Shown here: piece after piece, positions 53,846-64,000 of the stretch
Position numbering within the stretch: position 1 is the stretch's first letter
How the letters are laid out: each line of letters opens with the position of its first letter
From: Octopus sinensis
Lineage: Eukaryota
Length of the DNA: 64,000 nucleotides
Direction: 5' to 3'
Assembly (NCBI RefSeq): GCF_006345805.1
Contig: NW_021832231.1
Coordinates: 806,001 to 870,000, forward strand
Notes under the pieces: generated by a model
Told to the model about the DNA's origin: nothing
What the model saw: the letters and a program-made list of their open reading frames with translations, nothing else
Database searches by the model: none
Made by a program: the position numbers and the translations under genes

Positions 53846-54260
53846 CTAGCTCAGCAGCTCGCTTCGCTCACCGCGACCTAGCTCCTGCGGAGGGCCTGTT
53901 TCATCAAACAACTATAAGTTTATGTAGATGTATAAAACTACCTGGTTTAATGTAACCTTATTCTATCGCCTGTTGATAAACGATGTTTGTCGTCCGTCCT
54001 TCCTTGGCATATATGAATAAATTTTCTCTTCTGCCTACCCTCGAGCATCCCACATACAGCTGTCCATGTGAAAAGCACTCACTCTCTAAAAATAACCCAA
54101 CTACCTTTAATGACTGTCCCTGGGCCTTGTTTATTGTCATTGCAAAACTCATCCTCAAAGGAAATTGCAGACTTTTAAATCTAAATGGTAATTCATCATA
54201 AATTATCGGAATTCATGGAATATAAACATCCTCACCTCTATACTTACCTGTTAGGCTTAC
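53846..54260 (-). mobile_element. Helitron 3' fragment (PIF1 helicase C-terminus)
   Basis: QFPLRMSFAMTINKAQGQSL...FSHGQLYVGCSRV; subterminal GC hairpin and terminal CTAG at 53846-53849. Confidence 0.88.
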
Positions 54261-55189
54261 TCCGTCGGAAACGTTAACAAGCCTTCGGTCACGAGCATGA
54301 ATCATCCCATTTTTTTATTTATTCCTGTATAGTGTTGGAAGCCAGACTTTAATCAAAAATTGAATTACATAAATGAAATTCATAACATAAAATTCATAAC
54401 ATAGTCGTAAAACGAACCTAAAAATATTTTTACATATACTAGACGATTATTTTGAATTCTTTTGCTTTTTGCAAGAGCCGGAATTTATTGCGTTTGTTCA
54501 GAATTGGGATCGTTTTATCTTAAAGAATTTGTTCAATCATTCGATATTCATCCGAACATCTTAAGTAGCCTCCGTATGTACACATCTTTTTCATAAAGTG
54601 CTATTATACGTCACACCACGCTACTGTCGAATGGCGTCGCGTGTTGCGCTACTATCGTGATTTTGACTAAACGCGTTTGGTTGCTCGTATTGCATGGTTT
54701 TTCACAATGCGGTGACAGCATATTTTCCAAAACAGAAAACAAAAGTCCACAACGAATTGTTATAAAACATTAAGGTTTCCAATCACTCTAGACATACAGT
54801 TGTCTCCACTGTAGAACTCATTCAGAATGTCAGTGCCTTCGAAACCTTTGTGGGTTTCCAACTTCCCTCTCTGACGAATAACCCAAATGAACTTAAAGTC
54901 AAGCTGAAACTCGTTTCTATCAGCTTCGACAGCTCGGAGACCGTCAATTCACTTTGTTCGGGGATTTTTAAATTATTATTTTATAGGAAATGATATTCCG
55001 TGTCTGAGAATTTCTAACAAAAATCGCAAAACAAGCCAAAATGCCGAACTCTCCTCTCGTAAGAACAAATTGAGTTGATTCCAATAGCAATTTGATACAC
55101 GCACGTGCTGACGAGGTGGGCCTACATTGCAAGACCGCCTCAAACAAGTCGAAGTCGAAAATTCCACAAATATGATCTACTGGCAAATC

Positions 55190-57060
55190 AACTTTCGATA
55201 CTCTATGAAGTACAGGTGAAAACCATTATGGTGGTTTAGACGTGAGATGGAGTTGTCACAAAATGCTTTAAATATTACATGGATAGAGTAACCATTTAAA
55301 AAACAACAAGAACTGACATCCAATTTGTTGTACTGAAAATACTCTCAAAAGTATATTAATTGAACACAAGCATGGGATGAAGGTATCTGGTAAAGAATAC
55401 GCCTCTTCTATCAACTAATTTGTAGAAAAGGTATGCCTTTGGGAAACGTTAATTGAAGCTATGGGACATATAACAATTTTGTCCGGCTAAAGAGATAAAG
55501 AGCAAGAAGAGTAAGGAACTATAACAAATTTTCCTCCTAAAAGGAGGAGAGTGATTTCCAACAATAAGGAGTGAAAATCTTAATTAAATAGTGTAACTTT
55601 AGTTCAAATTGATTTTGTTTTAATAATAAATTCTTGTCGGAAATTTATGTGAATATAAAGGTTTCCTTTTATATCGGAAAAACGAAACGTTATATACAAC
55701 TTGGTTACAAACTCTGTCAGCATAAAATTATTAGACTATATAGAATATCATAATTAGCACTAAAGGAATATGTCAGAATGCCAAGAAAATGGAAATTATT
55801 AATTGGGAGATTACCAAGAATAATGGAAATGATTTTTCGACTGCGCGGATAGATGTAAAGAAGCCCTACGACTTAAAAGACAATGTTTTCTTGTGTCTAA
55901 TCCTTTGAAAATTCTAGATTGTAACATAAGAAATTGAAGAAGTATTAATTATAATATCAGGCGATGTGTATATAATAAAAAAGACATTGCAAGGTATGAT
56001 TATTGAAATCAAACTATTCGAAAGTGGAAATGGATAGTCCGAGTGATGGAAATCTGCTACAAATTGGCAGAAGTTAGCTGCAGGTGCAAGACTACTTGAT
56101 GGAATGAGTAATTTGATATTTCTGGATGATGGAAGATAAAAGAAACAGGATATTTAAATACTAAGCATTAAAAATAACATCAGGCGATGTGCACTTGCAA
56201 ATTCAACAATCTTGTGAATTCAGCAAACCTGTTCAATCCATTAATGAACATACCGTGTTGTTATACAATTATTATATAGAGTTTATCAACATGGAACCAA
56301 CGGAGTTAGAGATTAAGGATAAGAATGTACGTTGAATTCTGGTAAACCATCGGATAGATCATTTGGCTACAAAATATGGTCGGATACTCAACAGTGACTA
56401 TTAGGGAAACAGAGTGAAGTCGTCAGATGCATTCTATGCTGAAGTCGTAAAAATATGGAATTACAAAATCAGAGTCTCGAAACACACTTTGTAAACATAC
56501 AGTACTTAATGAATTTGTGGAGATACGAGTGGACACTGCAGTAAAAACCGATATCATATTCCAAAATAATAAAACTGACATTTTCTTGTTGAATATAACA
56601 AACAGAACTATAACTTTAAATAGAAGTTGGGATTACTTGTCAAAAATTATGATTTAAAGTCAAAAAGATGCATAAATATGATCTCCTGGCATGTAAATTA
56701 TCATTGATTCACAATTCTAAAATTCAAATAATACTTGTGATGGAATTATAAGCAACTTTTACATACCTAATCAAAATACTCTTAAAGTAAATAACTCAAT
56801 TAGGTGTATATTCAAAGCACTGTAATAAGAAAGACTTTAGAAAGTATGCGGGTTGAGTACAGAAATGGGTGGCTGACAAAGATTACTGTTGACAGATCAA
56901 AGTCAATTATTTGACAATCAAACAAGGACGCTTTAACGGAGGCCTTGGACAAGAAGTCCTTCACTCCAATTGGATGGGGTTTTTGGAATGAGTGAGTCCC
57001 TGCAGAGAGAATTGAGATTACCTCAAGAAGAAGACGCAAAAGTTGAGAATTCTATCTTTT
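55190..57060 (+). mobile_element. Decayed R2/NeSL-like retroelement(s)
   Basis: IDVKKPYD and LIFLDD RT remnants; NNKTDIFLLN...IEVGIT...KMHKYDLLACKL endonuclease remnant. Confidence 0.6.
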
Positions 57061-57479
57061 ATTAATTTGATATTACTCGTTGTGGACGATTTATCGTCTT
57101 ACCTATTTTCTTTATTTTTTTACTAACTTATGGTCGTTAATTTAAAACTAATTAATTTATCCATCAAGATTAATTTCTTTCTTTAAGAAAAAACGTCTCT
57201 CGTTTATACTCTCCACATTAGTGACGACTCTTTTTTCCGAATTTTCCATATTTCATACGAATAAATTGTTTCAATTATAGACCTAATTCCTGAATTTATT
57301 TCCTATTCTATGATTTTATCAACGTTTTTGTTGAGGATAATACTCTCCACTGTTTTCTTTAACACGACTGACTTTATGTAGTCTGGAGTTCTTTCTGCTA
57401 GGGAAGTTCCGTCTGTGCATCAAAGCGAAAATTTTGAGTAACTGAGAGAACAGTCCGGGATTGAAGAATAAAGAAAGAA

Positions 57480-57670
57480 AAACTACGAAACGCTTTTTCC
57501 AAGACCTTAAAGAAAATACGTCCCGTTCTGACACCTTACACGGAGAGCAAATTTAAAGACTGAGTTTCTGATTTACGAGGAAATGGTTACGTCGTCACCG
57601 ACAATCCATCAGAATGTTGCAGATTGCCGATAACCTGAAGTATGCTGATTTTAAGGCGTCAAACAAATAG
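57480..57670 (+). mobile_element. pogo/Tigger CENP-B HTH fragment
   Basis: VSDLRGNGYVVT...IADNLKYADFKASN. Confidence 0.45.
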
Positions 57671-57954
57671 GGCACGCGCTTAGACATGTTAACTCAGAAT
57701 ATGAGGCAGAAATGGTTTATATAAGTTTTATAAACGAGTCGAAAATCTCTCAGGTGTAGTCGGGAATTGTCTTATACACGAGAAAATATAATATATTAAA
57801 ACAACCCATAATGCTTAAAAAGTAGAAAAGTGGCAACACCCAGAATTCTCGCATTCATCCACAATCATGAGTAAAGTTAAAAAATTGCCAGCCATAACTG
57901 TTTATAACAATTATTACTAACAAATAAACAAGAAATAATAATTTTTATTCACTA

Positions 57955-60294
57955 CTAGCTCAGCAGTTCGCTTCGCTCACTGCGAGCTAGCTCCTGCGGA
58001 GGCCCTGCTCGCTACGCTCGCAGTTTCCTTAAATAACTATAAATTTATGTAGATATATAAATGCGACCTGCTTTGATATAACCTTATTCTAAGGCCTGTG
58101 GATAAACGATGTTTGCAGTCCGTCCATCCTTGGCAAATATAAATAAATTTCTCTTCTACCTACCCTTGAGCACCCCACATACAGCTGGCCATGTGAAAAG
58201 CACTCGTTCTCTAAAAATAAGCCTACTACCTTTAAAGACTGTCCCTGGGCCTTGTTTATTGTCATAGCAAAACTTATCTTCAGCGGAAATTGTAGTCTCT
58301 TAAATCTATCGCAGGCCCTTTCATGCTCCATAATAACGTCGACCGATTTATATATTCTTTCTCTGCCAGGGATTTTCATTAATAAATCTAAATTTATATT
58401 AAGTACCTCATCATTAAGTGGAGCTAATATAGCTCGTTCACGCAGCCAGTCGAAATTCACGTAGTGTTCAGATAGTTCGGAATAGACGGCATTCAATAAT
58501 TCTTCTGCTGTTTCTACGAAAATACATAATTCTTCCGGTAGCCTAATTTTCTGGTCGTGCATTTCTGAAGTGATTGCCCCATTTCCAATATCTAGAAGGA
58601 TTTGTGGGAATATGCTATTAACGCCTTGTAAATGTGCATGTACATTTACATCTAAGCTTACCTTTTTCACGTGTGTCCACAAATATGACGATTTGAGGCA
58701 GGCATTCAATTCATCCGCAGGCGTCCCTCTTTGAATAATTGGCAGCGTCTGTCTAAAATCACCTGCCAATACAACTAATGCTCCCCCAAACAAATGGTCG
58801 CTACAATTCTTGATATCTCTATATGTTCGGTCAACTGCTTGAATGCGCCTTTATGAGCCATCGTACATTCATCCCAAACAATTAACCTAGAATGCATAAT
58901 TCTATTACCCGTAGTTGAGTCTAACAGCAGTCCTGACCTTGTTCAGCTGTTGTCTAAGTTCCCTCACCATTTAAGCACATCTTCCCTCGTTTCTCTTTTT
59001 TTGTTATATGGTTCATATTCTCTTGTTTGTTAACATTCTCAGATCTCTCTTTATAGGACATTCTTATGATTTTGTAAACGCGAATCAGTAATTTATATTA
59101 AATTTTCTACGTAAATTTATTTAGTGAAATTTATGTAAAGTGTATTATCCAATCAAAGCCATTATACTTAATTGCCTCTATGTTTAAAGGAATTGAAACT
59201 TTAGCATAATCGAACTTGTCTGTTTCGGTAAAGAAAATGATAATCAGCTTCATCTTTGTAGTATTATAAGGAAAAAAATTAAAGCCTGTTAAATCAAGGA
59301 GATTTAAATATAGGCAAATTGAAATTTACATGACTAATTTAAATTTTATTTGCCTCTATCTTTTAAGAAATCTAAACAGTAGCATAATCGAATTTGTCAG
59401 TTTCGGCAGTTAAAAAGAATCAATTATGTAAATCTCTAATAATTTTTGCTTTTTCCTTTTTAGTGGTTTTCAAAATCTGATAATTGCACAGTCTATTCAT
59501 GGTCGATAACAATTAGAGCTTTTATTTTATTTTTTAACGAAAATTTAACAAAAAAGAATTTATGTCATCGAAAAAGATAGCTAAGCTAATTAATGGCCTC
59601 ACGAGGCTTGAAGGTTGTGGAGGACCTCATCATGTGAGTCGAGGACTTTCTTGTCGTTCATTTTAACAAAAACGCAGAAAATATTTTTTTTTAATTTTTG
59701 GGCTTGAAGGTTTTGGGGGACCACATCATGTGAGTCGAGGACTTTCTTGTTGTTCATTTTAACAAAAACGCAGAAAATAATTTTTTAATTTTTTACCTTG
59801 AAGGTTGTGGAGGACCTCATCATGTGAGTCGAGGACTTTCTTGTTGTTCATTTTAACAAAAACGCAGAAAATAATTTTTTAATTTTTTACTTGAAGGTTT
59901 TGGGGGACCACATCATGTGAGTCGAGGACTTTCTTGTTGTTCATTTTAACAAAAACGCAGAAAATAATTTTTTTAATTTTTTGGCTTGAAGGTTTTGGGG
60001 GACCACATCATGTGAGTCGAGGACTTTCTTGTTGTTCATTTTTACAAAAACGCAGAAAATTGACTTGAAGGTTTTGGGGGACCTCATCATCGAGGATATT
60101 CTTTCTGAATTAAAATTTTTTGACAGGAAGGTTCTTAGAGGATATCAACCTTTTATTGTGCCTCATTATCGAATAACTACAAAAGGGAAGGTTTTGACAA
60201 TTTGATCTGGTTTGTAACAATTTGAATGTGGGTGTGCACAGACAGACAGACACACAGACAGACAGACACACACCATACCATTTTATTATTAAGA
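57955..60294 (-). mobile_element. Internally deleted Helitron with both termini
   Basis: 5' TC at 60294 preceded by A and followed by a (GTCT)n/(GT)n microsatellite; 3' hairpin plus CTAG at 57955 followed by T; PIF1 motifs VWDECTM, FGGALVVLAGDFRQTLP, RAILAP and MTINKAQGQ. Confidence 0.9.
59607..60098. repeat. Tandem array of about 93-96 bp units (5 plus a partial) inside the Helitron
   Basis: CTTGAAGG unit starts at 59607, 59703, 59797, 59890, 59985 and 60064. Confidence 0.95.
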
Positions 60295-60319
60295 TAAATT
60301 ATATTTAATTAAACATATA

Positions 60320-60956
60320 TTAATCGTCCAGGATACGCTTTAGAGCAGACCGATAATATTTCATCTTCTTCACAATATCCAAGGCTCCTCTCAAATCCCC
60401 TTTATGATACAAAAGTCCAAATTCCTCAGACAACACAGACAGACTGCTTTTCAAATCAGATTCAAGTTCAATCCTCGACTCTTCCCTTTCTTCAATTCGT
60501 TCATTCAGTTCAAAAATCTCCTCTAAAAATCCTTCATCAAAGGAGTCCTCTTCCAGCTTGAGTCCTTCCAAGGACAGGATATATTCTGCACGCAAGACTG
60601 GGTCACTCAGAACATTATAAGCAGAGTTTATGAATTTAGACTGCTCTACTGAATAGTCCAGTTCTTTCTATTTTAATGATAAATCACCAAACCTGTGATT
60701 CGACGGACACAACGTCGGGGTGTATACTTTGCTGGTAGGATCGTCTAAGTGAGACTAGTCGGGTGTGGTCAATGTTGGGGCTAACTTCTAAGTTAAAGAG
60801 TGTAAAATAGTTGATGTGGGCTGATTTGGGTTGGACGGCCTTGCAGGCACAAAATATAATTTGATTGGGACTCATTATGCGACCACATTTCCAGCATTTG
60901 TTGAAAGAACGTTGTCTTGAAAATTTATAAGCAAAATTTTTCACAAATCCCAACAT
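60320..60956 (-). CDS. HSCB: HSC20/HscB Fe-S cluster co-chaperone
   Basis: CWKC...C.CKAVQ, NYFTLF, J-domain HPD, INSAYNVLSDPVLRAEYIL, FLEEIFELNE and KMKYY; one 25-nt intron. Confidence 0.92.
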
Positions 60957-63220
60957 GGACTACAAAAAAACCAACTACAAATCAAATTTTATTAAGTAAA
61001 ATAAGAAATATTTTTCTATTTATTATTAAAAACTCATTAATAAAGTGTCAAAAAATTATCAAAACAATGCTACAGTAAATCTGAGTATTTAAGATGTGAA
61101 TATCTAGAGATTGATTGTGTAGCTGAATCTCGTTAGGAAAGTCTAAAGAAAATTGGGAAAAGCCCAATATGTCTATAAATAAATCAAGGTGGCCGGTTTG
61201 TTGAGTTTTTAAATTAATTATTACTGCATAATTGGTCTAGAATATGTTTAAAGTGCCATTTTGTTTGTCAAAATCCTTAAAACTAATTTCTGTCAAATTT
61301 CAATTATGACAAATTATTAATTGGGTTGCTTTGATGTAAAGGCCTTCAGAACAAATATTGAAATATTGTGGATGAGAGGTCCTTTTGAGCGGCAATCAAA
61401 ACACCCTCATTTAGTTCTGAGTTAACCTTGAAGCCCTACACGTGCGAACTATTGATATATTCCCAGTAGCTTGTCGATATTCCAACGACATTCATTCCAG
61501 AGAAAAGATTTTCTGTAGTTCCTACAACCTTTTTCTGGATGAGAAAATCTACATTGTCGACATCTTGAAAACTTGAAGACATCATTATCATCACTTTTCC
61601 TCTCTAAGTGGAGTAACCTTCCACAAAAAAATATTATAAATTCAGTTCAAGGACAAAGTATGATTCTTGTGTTTATTTGCGATGTTTCCTGTGTCTCTAT
61701 TTTAGGTACCAACATTTGTGCGAGGATCTCAAATGCCACTTTTTGTCTGAAAATGACGACTTTCGTATCACGTTATACCTAGAGTAAATCTGCCATGTAG
61801 ACTGCAATCCATTTAGTTCAAAGAATCGAGGATTATCGTGCCTGCAATCAAGAGGTTTCAGAACTAGAGGCCGAAACAGTCGTTGGGAAGCCATTCAGGC
61901 AACAGTCCTGTGACAATTAACTCACAGAGGTAGAATTCTACCCAGTGTCTGATGATTGAAAATGAGTTTTCTTAATTGACTGATTGTAGCCTGGAAACTG
62001 GCATAATTTTTGCAAAGCGTCTCAGTGTTTGTCTTTGTTTGTATTCTCTGTCGTGACTCATAGGGTTGTTGTCATGTCTCAGGGCACCGTACCAGACTAA
62101 ATCTGTTAAAAATTTGTTCAATTTAATTCACTCAGTTTAACTTAGTTTTGTTTGTCTAATCCTTGTTCTTTTATTGAAACTACGTTAATAATTATAACTT
62201 CATAATTAGCAACGAAATGTAAACTTAGACTATCAAACAAGTCCCCCACGGTAATTATCGGCACCACACGTGCACATGATGACTCTCTCAGGGACACTCC
62301 CACTTTGGTAATTATATTCCCAACGCAGCTCAGTCCAGGGGACCAAATCCATACAAAACTGAGCAAAGAATATTCACCGAGATGTGAAATAGGAATTATA
62401 GGGAACCCACAAATCGTGCAAATCAACAAATACACACTGGACAACTGTGGTACCATGTGACAGGCAAGCATGGTGAATCTGCCCACGTTTTTTGTCATTT
62501 TTGAGTTTATTCTTCCCATTTAATGAACGGGTAGACACGTAGCGGTCACATTGTTTCAACCTTTGCTGACTGACAGAACACACTTCAGAAGTGGAGTCGT
62601 CCGCGGCAAAGTCGTGACCAATCTCTTATCGCTTTCGTACCACTCAATAAAAACGAGATCTACCAAGTACTCATCTCAGAACATATTCCAGTCATTTGTT
62701 GCCGAGGTATTAACGACCATACAGTTTCTGCGTTTTTTTCTTTGGCATCGCGTCGTCTTTTGCGACACAAATTAGGGCATAGATGTTTACTGTATATCAA
62801 ACTTAATTACAAAAGGTTGAAGAGAGAAAACGATCTTTCCAAAAATAGATCAGCTTTTTCAGTCAACTGCAGTTGCTAGTTTTTTTGCAGTTCAGGAGAA
62901 TGTGAGGGAAGTAATCAGTTCACAATATATAAAGGCGTAAAAACTCCAACGAGACTCGTCATCTTCTCCAAAAAGTCTCATTGGCAATCGTCCGGGAGTG
63001 CAGCCAGGCAATTCGATATAATTTTTGTCTGTGGTTATTAAATGTTATGTAATTAAAAAAATTGATTTGATAAGGAGTTGTAACGTAAAATTGGGTTTTC
63101 AAAAAATTAACACAAATAAAACTCTTAATTTAAATAAAATTGATTTTATCTTTGAATGTATAAAAATTTATTTATAAAAAGTAAATTTTAATAAATAAAA
63201 TAAACTTGTTTGTGTGGTGG

Positions 63221-64000
63221 ATGAGTTCAGAAATAAACGAGCTAATTGAGAACATTAGCATTGCAAGGGATAAACTTGTTTTTACCAAACACTTCACGAG
63301 AGACTATCATCAAATTAACTCCCAGCTGAGTCCAGTCATACAAGACCTCAAAAAAAGTAACTAAAAAGTCTAAATGTAAGAAGTGGAAATGGGAATCACG
63401 GCGATGGACCTGGACACGTGCAATCTCATCCAAAAAGCGGTCGGACCCCTTTTTAGATCCGTAAATGTGGCCACAAGGAAGCACAAGGATGCTTATAATA
63501 TAATTAATAAATCATTTAAAAATAGTAGAAAAGTATTAATAAAATTAACAAAAATAGTATTTCGACAGTGATATACACAAAATCGTGAAAGGAGCATTCG
63601 ACAGCCATCTCCCAAAGATGAGGATCCACCAAGTCCTGCTCAACCACCTCATAATGTCAGGCAAGACCGAACTAGTCCACATTCTGTCGAAAGTAGTGGA
63701 GGGGTGACATTGAAGGAACTCGACCTTGAGTGGGACGAAGGACTGGTGAGGATGTACATGGACATAAACAAGATAAGTGAGGACATCAGCAACCGGGACT
63801 CCACTTCTCTAGTAAAGTAAGCAGATGGGTCATGCCAGTTGGATAAACCACAACTCGGACAGTCTCATTCGAGTTGGCTCTAAATTGTCGACTTGTCTCG
63901 TCAAATTGAAATGTTTGGAGCTTTTTCTCAGCAATCAAATCGTCGAGTTTTTCAGTTTTTGCAGAAATGCTTTTTCTGAGCAGGACGTCTGCGAAGGTTG
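63221..64000 (+). CDS. RMND5: RMND5/GID2-like CTLH-complex subunit (runs off the window)
   Basis: Spliced HKDAYNIINK...YFDSDI...VLLNHLIMSGKTELVHILSKE...INKISEDI...WINHNSDSL...SKL matches the LisH/CTLH layout of RMND5. Confidence 0.72.

Noticed and set aside
54560-55190. Possible spliced orphan gene on the + strand
   Set aside because: One open segment and an acceptor-like site, but downstream stops and no recognisable homology.
58089-58890. Host PIF1 helicase
   Set aside because: Lies between Helitron termini, is internally deleted, and has a second copy at 53958.
59607-60098. CRISPR-like array or hammerhead ribozyme repeat
   Set aside because: Units are wholly repeated with no unique spacers, there are no cas genes and the context is eukaryotic. 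The minus strand has ATGATGAG and GAAA but not a CUGAUGA core with a closing stem II.
61380-63020. Possible gene or retroelement remains
   Set aside because: Moderately GC-rich, but I found no motif I could assign with confidence.

Overview
AT-rich eukaryotic (metazoan-type) nuclear DNA. Its host genes are broken by very short GT-AG introns (about 21-34 nt), which is why the ORF track is fragmented. An ADAR with dsRBDs, the ciliary adenylate kinase AK7 and 21-30 nt introns together suggest a highly reduced ciliated animal such as a dicyemid mesozoan; this is inference, not an identification. Host genes assembled by hand-splicing: ADAR-like deaminase, RING protein, BIG/Sec7 ArfGEF, tetraspanin, WDR43/UTP5, AK7, Arp2, PRA1, GET4, DHX37, HSC20/HscB, RMND5 (truncated by the window end) and tRNA-Lys(CTT). 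The rest is mostly decayed, nested transposons: Tc1, pogo/Tigger, hAT, Merlin, Ginger-like integrase, Helitron, RTE- and I/Jockey-like LINEs, CRE-like and R2/NeSL-like retroelements. Most notable points: DNA transposons whose transposases carry host-style micro-introns; a compact ADAR lacking the conserved TGTK loop; a possible GT-GG micro-intron in Arp2; and an inverted, scrambled WDR43 duplicate next to its parent gene. All exon structures and family calls come from reading the sequence by eye; no searches were run.
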